Below, piece after piece: positions 1 through 9,239 of a DNA stretch of 64,000 bases. Position numbers and translations under genes: made by a program. Position 1 is the stretch's first letter; each line of letters starts with the position of its first letter. The notes under the pieces are model-generated. The model worked only from the letters and a program-made list of their open reading frames with translations, ran no database searches and was not told where the DNA came from. Origin of the DNA: Alphaproteobacteria bacterium (GTDB lineage Bacteria > Pseudomonadota > Alphaproteobacteria > UBA828); contig CBDCQT010000012.1 of assembly GCA_965220745.1 (NCBI GenBank), forward strand, positions 640,001-704,000, written 5' to 3'.

Positions 1-546
1 TTCACTCTGATTGTCGAGGGGCCCGACCTTCAGGAAGAGTCGCGCATCGACGCGTTGTTCGAGGCCGGGTGCGGCGATGCCGCCATCGGTCGAAGCGATG
101 GAACCCAGTTCGCCGACTTCGATCGTGAGGCCGACTCACTCGACCGTGCCATCCTGTCGGCGGTGGATGACCTGGAGACGTTGGAGGGGGTCGAGGTCGT
201 GCGCATTGCCGACGCAGGTCTTGCCTCACTGGCGGATATCGCCGCCCGCCTCGGTCGCACCCGAGAGAGTGTTCGATTGCTGGTAAGCGGTGCCCGCGGC
301 CCCGGCGGATTTCCGAATCCGGTTACGGACCCGCGCGGCCGCTATCGGTTGTGGCGCTGGTCCGATGTGGAGCGTTGGTGCGCGGATCAGCTGGGAGAGT
401 CATTGCCGATTTCCCAGGATGAAGTCACGGCGGCCTTCAGCGCCGCGTTGGAGCTTCGGCACTTCCGGCGTGCACTGGCGCCCGCGAACCCGATCACACT
501 GCGGGAGCTGGTTGGCGTGGACGAGCTACAGGCGCCTGCGGATTAG
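1..546 (+). CDS. DNA-binding protein with C-terminal HTH/AlpA-like region (antitoxin-like), 5'-truncated by window edge
   Basis: Frame is open from base 1 (FTLIVEGPDLQEESRIDALFEAGCGDA); HTH-like segment LASLADIAARLGRTRESVRLL followed by GFPNP...LWRWSDVERW. Confidence 0.65.
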   Translation, partial: FTLIVEGPDLQEESRIDALFEAGCGDAAIGRSDGTQFADFDREADSLDRAILSAVDDLETLEGVEVVRIADAGLASLADIAARLGRTRESVRLLVSGARGPGGFPNPVTDPRGRYRLWRWSDVERWCADQLGESLPISQDEVTAAFSAALELRHFRRALAPANPITLRELVGVDELQAPAD

Positions 547-612
547 GGGCAGCGTGAGCCTTCTGCACGGGGTGAGTGTACGATACCGGCGGCCGATCGC
601 AGGAGGGAACGA

Positions 613-2664
613 ATGAGCGCAGCCGCAGCCGAGGGCAATCAATCCGTGTCCGAGCTTCGCCTAGTGTGGGAGCCGCTGGAGATCGGCTCCACGCGCGTGA
701 AGAACCGGATCATGATGACCGCCCAGACCACGCTCTACGGCAAGGACAACATCCTCAGCGACCGACACATCGAGTTCTTCCGGGAGCGCGCGAAGGGTGG
801 CGCGGCGCTCTTCATCACCGAGCAGCAGGCTGGCCACCGGACCGCCAAGGGGTCGTTCGTGAATGGCTGCACCGCCTGGGAGAAACGCGCCATCCCCCAA
901 TACGCCAAGCTCGCCGACGCAGTGCACGAGCATGGCGCGCGGCAATTCATCCAGCTTTTCGGCTGCGGCGTGCACGACAAGGGCACGACGATCATGGACG
1001 AGTGGCACCCGCTCTGGGGTGTCTCCAAGCTGCCCTCGATCGTGCACCACGAAATACCCATGGTCATGGAGCAGGAGCACATCGACGATATCGTCAGGGA
1101 GTTCGGCGAGGCGGCGCTCAACGTGAAGGTCGCGGGCTGCGACGGGGTGGAGTTGCACGCTGCGCACAGCTACCTGCTCGGCCAGTTCCTGAGCCCGGTC
1201 TACAACGACCGCACCGACCGCTACGGCGGCTCGGTGCACAAGCGCTGCCAGATACTGCTCGAGATCGGCGAGTCGGTGCGCGCGCAGGTCGGCGACGGCT
1301 TCACGGTCGGCGTCCGGCTCTCGTTCGACGAATTCCTGGGCGAGGCCGGGATCACGCCGGACCAGGCCGAGGAGCAGCTGGAGATTCTCTCGACCAGCGG
1401 CCTCTTCGACTTCTTCAACATCTCCGGCGGCGGCTACTACACGCTGCACCATGCCGTCGCACCGATGGACGTGAAGAACGGCTTCATGCTGCCCTTCGCG
1501 AAGCGCGCCAAGGCGGTGGTGGGCAACCGGGCCAAGGTCTTCACCGTCGGCCGCATCATCGACCTGCACCAGGCGGAGCAGGCAATCGCCGAGGGCACCA
1601 CCGACATGGTCGCCATGACCCGCGCGCAAATGGCCGAGCCGCACCTGGTGAAGAAAACCCGCGAGGGCCGCCAGAAGGAGATTCGGCGCTGCATGGGTGC
1701 CAACGAGTGCGTCGCCCGCCTCTTCGACAACCGACCGGTGACCTGTGCGGTCAATCCGTCGGTCGGCCGCGAGGCGCGGTGGGGGAGCGACACGCTGCAG
1801 CCGGTGGCACCGGAGGAGGCGAAACACATCCTCGTCGTGGGCGGTGGCATCGCCGGGATGAAGACTGCCGCAGTTGCGGGGAGCCGCGGCCATCGGGTGA
1901 CACTGCTGGAGCGCGAGGAGCGCCTGGGCGGCCACCTGAACCTGCTGCTTAGCTTGCCGACGCGCAAGGAGTGGGACATCGCCATCGACAACCTGGTGCG
2001 CGCGATGGAGGTGGCGGGTGTGGAGGTGAGGCTCGGCGCGGAGGCGACTCCCGAGGTGATCGAGCGGGAGCAGCCCGACGCCGTGGTCGTCGCCACCGGC
2101 GCGCGCTGGGACTGCGACGGCCGCAGCGAGTTTCGTCCGGGCCAGGCGCGTCTCGCCGGGACGGAGCAGGAGAACGTCATCGACGTCGGCACGGCGACCG
2201 AGCGCGCGCTGGCTGATGCGGGCGCGCTCGGCCAGAGGGTCGTGATTCTGGAGGAGACCGGCTTCTACCTGCCGCTCGGGCTCGCCGAAATTCTGGCGGA
2301 CGGGGGCGCCCATGTGGAGGTCGTCACGCCCCGCGCCATGGTGGGCGAAGACGTCATGCGCACCCTCGATCTCCCGTTCGTGATGCCGCGCCTGGAGCAA
2401 GCCGGCGTGGTTTGCAGCGCCCACACCAACGTCGACAAGATCGAGGGCGATACGGTGCACGTGCGCTCGGTCTGGGGCGGGCGGCCGCGCTTGATCGAAG
2501 GGGTGGATACCGTCGTGATTTCGATGCTGCGCTCGCCCAACGACGCGCTCTACCGGGCGCTCGAGGGTCGCGTCGCCGCGCTGCACCGGGTCGGCGACGT
2601 GGTCGCGCCGCGCCGCCCGGTCCAGCTCATGTACGAGGGCGAAGAGCTCGGCCGCGCCCTGTAG
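613..2664 (+). CDS. NADH:flavin oxidoreductase (OYE/DCR-like TIM barrel + Fe-S + FAD/NAD domain)
   Basis: RBS GGAGGGA; ELHAAHSYLLGQFLSP, NDRTDRYGGS, CMGANEC...CAVNP, VVGGGIAGM. Confidence 0.9.
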   Translation: MSAAAAEGNQSVSELRLVWEPLEIGSTRVKNRIMMTAQTTLYGKDNILSDRHIEFFRERAKGGAALFITEQQAGHRTAKGSFVNGCTAWEKRAIPQYAKLADAVHEHGARQFIQLFGCGVHDKGTTIMDEWHPLWGVSKLPSIVHHEIPMVMEQEHIDDIVREFGEAALNVKVAGCDGVELHAAHSYLLGQFLSPVYNDRTDRYGGSVHKRCQILLEIGESVRAQVGDGFTVGVRLSFDEFLGEAGITPDQAEEQLEILSTSGLFDFFNISGGGYYTLHHAVAPMDVKNGFMLPFAKRAKAVVGNRAKVFTVGRIIDLHQAEQAIAEGTTDMVAMTRAQMAEPHLVKKTREGRQKEIRRCMGANECVARLFDNRPVTCAVNPSVGREARWGSDTLQPVAPEEAKHILVVGGGIAGMKTAAVAGSRGHRVTLLEREERLGGHLNLLLSLPTRKEWDIAIDNLVRAMEVAGVEVRLGAEATPEVIEREQPDAVVVATGARWDCDGRSEFRPGQARLAGTEQENVIDVGTATERALADAGALGQRVVILEETGFYLPLGLAEILADGGAHVEVVTPRAMVGEDVMRTLDLPFVMPRLEQAGVVCSAHTNVDKIEGDTVHVRSVWGGRPRLIEGVDTVVISMLRSPNDALYRALEGRVAALHRVGDVVAPRRPVQLMYEGEELGRAL

Positions 2665-2731
2665 GTTTAGGTGTCGCTCGCGGCAGTCGGCACTTCTACA
2701 GTTTCGCGCGCCTGTCGGCGCGACTGCCGCG

Positions 2732-4264
2732 TTACTCCGCCGCCCGCTCGCTGAGCCGCGATTGCAGCGCGGCGCAGAGCGTGCGCAGGACTTCGAGGCG
2801 GGCGTGCCTCTTGTTGTTGCCGGGGACCAGAGTCCACGGCGCCTCTCGGGTGCTGGTGCCGGCGATCATGTCGTTGGCGGCGTCCTCGTAGGCCTCCCAC
2901 TTCGCGCGGTTGCGCCAGTCTTCCTCGGTCAGCTTCCAGCTCTTGTAGGGGTTCTCCTTGCGCGCGAGGAAGCGCCGCTCCTGTTCGTCCTTGTCGATGT
3001 GGAGCCAGAACTTCATGAGCAACGTGCCGTGGCCGATAATCTGCTCCTCGAAGTCGCGGATCTCGGCGTAGGCGCGCCGCCATTCCGCCTCGGTCGCGAA
3101 AGACTCGACGCGCTCGACCAGGAGCCGCCCGTACCAGCTGCGGTCGAACACCGCGATCTGACCGGCCTCGGGCAGGCGCCGCCAGAAGCGCCAGAGGTAG
3201 TGATGCGCGCGCTCCTCGTCGCTCGGCGCGCTCACCTGATGCACGCGGTAGCTGCGGGCATCCAGCGCCGAGACCATGCGCCGGATGGCGCCGCCCTTGC
3301 CGCCGGCGTCCCAGCCTTCGAACACGAGCACGACCGAGAGGCCGTGCAGGAGGTTCTGCGCGGCAAGCCAGTAGAGATCGGCCCGCATGCGAGCCATCGA
3401 CTTTTCGTAGGCCTTGCGGCCCACGGTCTTCGTCTGATCGATCGTGGCCAGCGGCTTGACCTCCCGCACCGCCGCGCCGACCACCGCCGGACTCACGACA
3501 GGCGCACGGGCGCGGAAGCCGGCATCCGGCGGCGGCAGGCCGGCCAGACGCGCTTCGAGCGCCCGGTTCACCATACCCAGCACCCGGAGCGAGCGGTGCC
3601 GCGCGTGACGGCCATCGACCACGAGCCACGGCGCCTCGGCGGTGCTGGTGCGGGTGATGATGTGCTCGGCGGCCTCGTTGAAATGGTCGTAGCGGTGCCA
3701 GTTGCGCCAGTCCCACTGAGAAATCCGCCAGTGGTCGCGCGGGTGCTTCTGCAGGGCTTCCAGGCGCTGCTGCTGCGCCTTCTTGTCGAGGTGCATCCAG
3801 AACTTGAGGATCAGCGCCCCGTCGTCGGCGAGCGTCCGCTCGAATGCCGCGATGCGTGCGAGCTTCCGGTCGAGGGCGCTCGGCCCGATGCGTCCGTAGG
3901 CGCGGTCCAGCAAGGGTGCCGAGTACCAGGAGCTGAGGAAGAGCCCGAGCCTGCCGCGTGCCGGCAGGTCGCGCCAGTAGCGCCAGAACTCGGGTCGCTG
4001 GCCCTCTTCTTCCGTGAGCCTATCGTAAGCGTGGGTGACGATACGGCGCGGGTCGAGCCACTCGGTGAGAAGGTTGACCGTCTCCCCCTTGCCCCCGCCG
4101 TCCACGCCTGCGAACAGCACGACGACGGGAAAGTCCGCCTTGGCCAGCGCGCGCTGGGACTCCACCAGCGAAACCCTGAGTGCCGTCGCCTGTTCTTCGA
4201 ACGCGGCCTTGGAAAGCTCCCGTACCCGCTCGCGTTCGACCTCTTCGAATACCCGAGCGCTCAT
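2732..4264 (-). CDS. pap: Polyphosphate:AMP phosphotransferase (two-domain PPK2)
   Basis: Two PPK2 domains with Walker A GVDGGGKG and GWDAGGKG, FDRSWY, LVERVE; ATG 4264 preceded by GGAGGGAG. Confidence 0.9.
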   Translation of the reverse strand: MSARVFEEVERERVRELSKAAFEEQATALRVSLVESQRALAKADFPVVVLFAGVDGGGKGETVNLLTEWLDPRRIVTHAYDRLTEEEGQRPEFWRYWRDLPARGRLGLFLSSWYSAPLLDRAYGRIGPSALDRKLARIAAFERTLADDGALILKFWMHLDKKAQQQRLEALQKHPRDHWRISQWDWRNWHRYDHFNEAAEHIITRTSTAEAPWLVVDGRHARHRSLRVLGMVNRALEARLAGLPPPDAGFRARAPVVSPAVVGAAVREVKPLATIDQTKTVGRKAYEKSMARMRADLYWLAAQNLLHGLSVVLVFEGWDAGGKGGAIRRMVSALDARSYRVHQVSAPSDEERAHHYLWRFWRRLPEAGQIAVFDRSWYGRLLVERVESFATEAEWRRAYAEIRDFEEQIIGHGTLLMKFWLHIDKDEQERRFLARKENPYKSWKLTEEDWRNRAKWEAYEDAANDMIAGTSTREAPWTLVPGNNKRHARLEVLRTLCAALQSRLSERAAE

Positions 4265-4421
4265 CTCCCTCCCCGTCGAGGACCATCCCTGCTCGATTAC
4301 GGGGACGCTCCCTCTTGCGCCGCAGGCGGCCTCTCCGGGCTCGTCCTGCACGCTCGGGTTATAACGGTATTACGCCCGCAAGACGATTTCGACATGGATT
4401 TGGCGGGGCCGGCCGCGCGGG

Positions 4422-5264
4422 TCAGCCGTGGATATCCTCGGTTTGCGCGCAGAGGGCGCCGTAGAGGTCCGGCCGGCGGTCGCGGAAGAATGGCTTCTTC
4501 TGGCGCACCTCGAAGACGCGGCGGCGGTCGAGCGTTGCCGTGATGATCTCGTCGCCTTCGTTGCCGGCGCAGGCCAGCACCTGACCCTCGGGATCGACCA
4601 CCATGCTTTCGCCGCCGAATTGCCAACCGCTCTCCGGCCCAACCTTGTTGCAGGGCGCGAAGTAGACCGCGTTCTCCCAGGCCCGAGTGATCATCATCTC
4701 GCGCCAGGGGCCGACGCGCGGGGCCGCGAACGGCACCACGATCAGCTCGGCGCCGTTGACCGCCGAGCAGCGGGCGTGTTCGGGAAAGAACGTGTCGTAG
4801 CAGATGATGATGCCGATTTTCCACGCGCCGACTTTGAAGACCGAGAAACGCGAGCCGAAGCGGAAGTACATGCGCTCGAGACTGAGGTAGAGCCCCGGCA
4901 TCACCTTGCGGTACTTGCCGATGATGTCGCCTGCGGGGTCGATGACGAAGGTCGTGTCGTAATAGAGGCCGGCTGACTCCTCCTCGTAGAGCGTCGCGAT
5001 CAGGTGAATCTTGTGCTCCGTCGCCTTGGCCCGCATTGCGGTGATGCTTGGCCCCGTTGCGGGCTCGGCCCGCTTCAAATGCTCGTGGTCGCGCTCGTTG
5101 AAGACGTAGGGGTGATTGAAGAATTCTGGGATCACCACTAGGTCGGGCCGCTCGGTCTCCACCGCGCGGTCGATATGGGCGGCGGCCTGGGCGATGTTCG
5201 CGTCGCGGTCCGGCACGCTGTTCATCTGCACCAGGCTGAGTGTGATCTGATCGCCGAGGCTCAT
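4422..5264 (-). CDS. Carbon-nitrogen hydrolase (nitrilase superfamily amidase)
   Basis: Glu-Lys-Cys triad motifs IPEFF, KYRKV, ICYD. Confidence 0.9.
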   Translation of the reverse strand: MSLGDQITLSLVQMNSVPDRDANIAQAAAHIDRAVETERPDLVVIPEFFNHPYVFNERDHEHLKRAEPATGPSITAMRAKATEHKIHLIATLYEEESAGLYYDTTFVIDPAGDIIGKYRKVMPGLYLSLERMYFRFGSRFSVFKVGAWKIGIIICYDTFFPEHARCSAVNGAELIVVPFAAPRVGPWREMMITRAWENAVYFAPCNKVGPESGWQFGGESMVVDPEGQVLACAGNEGDEIITATLDRRRVFEVRQKKPFFRDRRPDLYGALCAQTEDIHG

Positions 5265-5349
5265 GGGCCACTTCTCCCGCCGGAGTATTTCATTGAAGGC
5301 TAGCAGTTAGGCCCGGCGCGGTCAGCGGCTATGATGCACGTGGCGGGGC

Positions 5350-7164
5350 ATGGCCAAGCCCAAACGGCAGGGAGAGAGCGTGAATCGGGCTGCAGCCACC
5401 ATCGATCCGGTCACCGCGAATGTGATTTACGGCGCGCTGGAGACCATCGCCGTCGAGATGGGCTTCAAGCTCATGCGCATGTCGCATTCGAGCCTGATCC
5501 GGGAATCCGAGGATTTCGGTGCTGCCGTGCTGGACGCGGACGGCAACCAGATCGCCGAGACGCCGCAGAGCACGCCGCTCCAGTCGGGTCCGTTGCCTGG
5601 CTACGTGCGCGGCATTCGCGCGGCGCTGGAGAGGCGCGGCGAGGCCATCGAGCCGGGCGATGTCTACATCCACAACGATGCCTACGGCGGTGCCAGCCAC
5701 GTGCCCGATGTGGCGTTCTGCGTGCCGGTGTTCCACGAGGGCGTGCTAGTGGGCTTCACCGGGACCGCGGCACATCACGTCGATATCGGCGCCCACACGC
5801 CGGGCAGTGCCGGAATCGTCGATGCGGTCGACGCCTACGCCGAGGGCATTCAGCTCAAGGGCCTCAAGATCTACGACAAGGGGGTCCGGAACACGACGCT
5901 CTGGGCCGTGCTGGGGGACAATATCCGCGCCTCGCACCTGGTGCTGGGCGACATGGAGGCGCAGATCGCCGCCGCCCGAATCGGCGCCGAGGCGTTTCTC
6001 GCCCTGATCGAGCGCCACGGGCTCGAGACGGTGCAGGCGGCCTGCGCCGCGCTCATGGACTATTCCGAGCGCATGATGCGGCAAGCCATCGCGGCGCTCC
6101 CGGACGGCCGCTACCAGGCACAAGGCGCCATCGACGGCTTCCTGGACGACGACGACCCGGCGCGCCGCGAGCTCCCCATCGCGGTCACCGTCACCGTCTC
6201 AGGCAGCGACATCACCGTCGACTTCACTGGCACGTCCAAGCAGGTGGACGACCGGCCGATCAACATGCCGCTTCACGGCACGGTCGACTGTGCTGTCTGG
6301 ATGACGCTCCGCTCGATCCTGCTGGACTCAGCCGTGCACGGCCGCGTGCCGCTCAACGCCGGCCTGACCCGGCCGATCCGCATCGTCGCGCCCAGGGGGA
6401 CCCTGGTGAATCCGATCTTCCCGGCGCCCACGATCTCGCGCGCCTGCCCAGGGATTCAATGCGCCGACACGATCATGAAGGCGCTCGCCCAGGCCGTGCC
6501 AGGCCAGGTCTCGGCCGGCGTCGGCAACCTCAACGTCGTCGCCTACAGCGGGCTGCGCGAGGAGAGCCACTGGGTCCACATGGAGATCTACGAGGGCGCC
6601 TACGGCGGGCGCGCCGGCAAGGATGGCATGGACGCGGTGGACATCCTCTTCACCAACACGCGGAACAACCCCATCGAGGACGTCGAGTCCCACTTCCCGC
6701 TGCGCATCCACCGCTACGAGCTGCGCGAAGAGGGCTGCGCGGCGGGGCGGTGGCGCGGCGGGATCGGGCCGATCCGCGAGACAGAATTGCTCGACGATGC
6801 GGGCTTCTCGATCGAGGGCGAAGGCCAGCGCTTCCCGCCTTGGGGACATGACGGCGGTGCCGAAGGTCGGGCCAACAGCATCACCCTCGTTCGCGCCGAC
6901 GGTTCGGAGCAGGCGCTGCCCTCCAAGCTCGCGCATTTGAAGGCGGCAGCCGGCGACCGCGTGATCGTCACCTCGTGCTGCGGTGGCGGCTACGGCGATC
7001 CGCTGCTGCGACCGGCCGAACAGGTGGCGGCGGACGTCGTCGACGGTCACATCAGCGCCGAGGCCGCGCGGCGCGACTACGGCGTGGTGCTCACGGATAC
7101 GCTTGTGCTCGACGCTGCCGCTACTGCACGCGAACGCACGGCCCGCGCCACGCCGACACCGTGA
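5350..7164 (+). CDS. Hydantoinase B/oxoprolinase family protein
   Basis: SSLIRESEDF, NDAYGGASHVPD, HHVDIG, NTRNNPIE, GRWRGGIG, GGGYGDP. Confidence 0.92.
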   Translation: MAKPKRQGESVNRAAATIDPVTANVIYGALETIAVEMGFKLMRMSHSSLIRESEDFGAAVLDADGNQIAETPQSTPLQSGPLPGYVRGIRAALERRGEAIEPGDVYIHNDAYGGASHVPDVAFCVPVFHEGVLVGFTGTAAHHVDIGAHTPGSAGIVDAVDAYAEGIQLKGLKIYDKGVRNTTLWAVLGDNIRASHLVLGDMEAQIAAARIGAEAFLALIERHGLETVQAACAALMDYSERMMRQAIAALPDGRYQAQGAIDGFLDDDDPARRELPIAVTVTVSGSDITVDFTGTSKQVDDRPINMPLHGTVDCAVWMTLRSILLDSAVHGRVPLNAGLTRPIRIVAPRGTLVNPIFPAPTISRACPGIQCADTIMKALAQAVPGQVSAGVGNLNVVAYSGLREESHWVHMEIYEGAYGGRAGKDGMDAVDILFTNTRNNPIEDVESHFPLRIHRYELREEGCAAGRWRGGIGPIRETELLDDAGFSIEGEGQRFPPWGHDGGAEGRANSITLVRADGSEQALPSKLAHLKAAAGDRVIVTSCCGGGYGDPLLRPAEQVAADVVDGHISAEAARRDYGVVLTDTLVLDAAATARERTARATPTP

Positions 7165-7224
7165 GACCCGTCGGTCCGCCCTCGGCAAGCCGGGACACCT
7201 AAGCGTCCGGCCGGATCAAGTCGG

Positions 7225-7671
7225 CTATTCCTCGGCCTGCTCGGCGGTGCTCTTCCTCAACGTGATGACGTTGAGCGCATCCCGGCGCTGGTAGTCCACG
7301 TCGTCCATCATCTGCTGCACGAGAAAGAGGCCGAGCCCGCCGAGAGCGCGCTCTTCGAGCGTCGCGTCGACGTTGGGTTCGCGCTCCAGCGAAGAGTCGA
7401 AGGCCCTGCCATCGTCGACGATCACCACGACCAGCGTGTCGCCTTCCTGGCGCAGGGTGAGATCGATGCGGTGCTCGGCCTCGTCGTCGTAGCCGTAGCT
7501 GATGGTGTTGGTCAGGATTTCGTCGATTGAGAGATTGACCGCATAGGCGATCTGCGGCGACAGACTCCGCGCCTCGCAGAACGCGTCGATCTTCTCGGCC
7601 GCGGCACCGATTTCCCGCAGGTCGTTGACCAGCGAGAGTTCGAGTGCGCCGTCGCTCACGGATTCGTTCAT
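7225..7671 (-). CDS. Anti-sigma regulatory factor / RsbW-like HATPase_c Ser/Thr kinase
   Basis: N-box EILTNTISYGY, DDGRAFD, GGLGLFLV, NVITLRK; start chosen at ATG 7671. Confidence 0.85.
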   Translation of the reverse strand: MNESVSDGALELSLVNDLREIGAAAEKIDAFCEARSLSPQIAYAVNLSIDEILTNTISYGYDDEAEHRIDLTLRQEGDTLVVVIVDDGRAFDSSLEREPNVDATLEERALGGLGLFLVQQMMDDVDYQRRDALNVITLRKSTAEQAEE

Positions 7672-7892
7672 CGGCCAAACGTGTCGCGGTGCCCGCAGGG
7701 CCACGTATCGGCCCTCATAATGTGCACCCTTTTCGCCTATTCGGGAGGACATGTTAACTGCTTTGCGCCGGCGCGAACGCCGCTGCTCCCAGTCTGGCGT
7801 CACTTGATCGAACCCGCCCTGCCGGCCACACTGGCAACGGAGGACTGGCCGGGCGGGCGCACGCGCGGTCGCAACAGGGAGGAACGACCGAG

Positions 7893-9239
7893 ATGTCCAA
7901 CGATGCCGAAGCTGCGCTGCTCGATCGAGACAACGCGCACCTGCTCCATCCGCTGCACAGCCATGCCGTCCATGCCACCGGCAAGGTCTGGGTCGGTGGG
8001 GAAGGGGCCTTCCTCGTCGATGCGAACGGGGATCGCTACATCGACGGTCTCTCCGGCCTCTGGAACAACACCGCCGGAAACGGCTGCCGTGAGCTGGTCG
8101 AGGCCGGGAGCAAGCAGCTCGCCGAGATGGCCTATGCGTCCGGCTACTCCGGCAGCACCAACCCGCGCGCCATCGAGCTTGCCGAAAAGCTCGCCCGGAT
8201 CACCTACCCGAACATCAACCACTTCTTCTTCACGTCGGGCGGCGGCGAGGCGACCGACAGCAACATCAAGATGGCCCGCTACTACTGGAAGCTGAAGGGC
8301 CAGCCGGAGAAGACCAAGGTCATCTCCCGCATCTGGGGCTACCACGGCGTCACGCTCGCCGCCATGTGCGCGACGGGCATGAGCATCTACTGGCCGATGT
8401 TCGAGCCGCGCATGCCGGGCTTCGTCCATATTCCAAGCCCCTATCCTTATCGCTACGAGGCGCCGGAGGGCGCGGAGAGCCAGGGCATCGCCGCAGCGGA
8501 CGAGTTGGAGAAGGCCATCCTCGCCGAAGGGCCGGAGACGGTGGCGATGTTCATTGCCGAGCCGGTGCAGGGCGGCGGCGGCGTAATCCCGCCTCAGCCC
8601 GACTACTTCCCGCGCATCCGCGAGATTTGCACCAAGTACGACGTGCTGATGGTCTCGGACGAGGTGATTACCGGGTTCGGCCGCACCGGCAAGATGTTCG
8701 GCCTGCAGCACTGGGACGTCGAGCCCGACATGATCCAGTACGCCAAGGCCATTACCTCGGGCTACTTCTCCCTCGGCGGCATCGGGATCAGCGACGAGAT
8801 CGCCAACACGATGCACGAGAGCGGCAAGCCCTGGATGCACGCCTACACCTACAGCGCACATCCCACCGGATGTGCTATCGGCTGTGCCATGATGGACTTG
8901 ATCGAAAGGGAGGATTTCCCCGGCCAGGCCGCGGCGAAGGGCAAGCGCCTGCTGGTTGGCCTCAAGGACGCGCTCGCCGATCATCCCAACGTCGGCGACA
9001 TCCGGGGACTCGGGCTCATGTGCGCCGTGGAGTACGTGAAGGACCGCGCGACCAAGGAGAGCTTCGATCCCGCCGACGGCATCGCCGCCAAGATCAACGC
9101 CGAGGCGGTGGCGCGCGGGCTCTTCAGCCGCTCCCGGCCGGACGTTTTCATGGTTGCGCCGCCGATCATCATCGACGACGAGACCATCGATCAGATGGTG
9201 GAGATCACTGCCGAGTCGACGCGGGCGGTCCTTGGCTGA
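7893..9239 (+). CDS. Class III (omega-amine) aminotransferase
   Basis: YIDGLSGLW, GYHG, AEPVQGGGG, DEVITGFGRTG, PLP lysine AKAITSGY; RBS GGAGG. Confidence 0.93.
   Translation: MSNDAEAALLDRDNAHLLHPLHSHAVHATGKVWVGGEGAFLVDANGDRYIDGLSGLWNNTAGNGCRELVEAGSKQLAEMAYASGYSGSTNPRAIELAEKLARITYPNINHFFFTSGGGEATDSNIKMARYYWKLKGQPEKTKVISRIWGYHGVTLAAMCATGMSIYWPMFEPRMPGFVHIPSPYPYRYEAPEGAESQGIAAADELEKAILAEGPETVAMFIAEPVQGGGGVIPPQPDYFPRIREICTKYDVLMVSDEVITGFGRTGKMFGLQHWDVEPDMIQYAKAITSGYFSLGGIGISDEIANTMHESGKPWMHAYTYSAHPTGCAIGCAMMDLIEREDFPGQAAAKGKRLLVGLKDALADHPNVGDIRGLGLMCAVEYVKDRATKESFDPADGIAAKINAEAVARGLFSRSRPDVFMVAPPIIIDDETIDQMVEITAESTRAVLG

Noticed and set aside
613-2664. Trimethylamine/dimethylamine dehydrogenase linked to DMFase
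   Set aside because: The N-terminal region (MTAQTTLY) lacks the Cys used for covalent FMN in TMADH/DMADH, and the gene is 55 kb from the DMFase locus.
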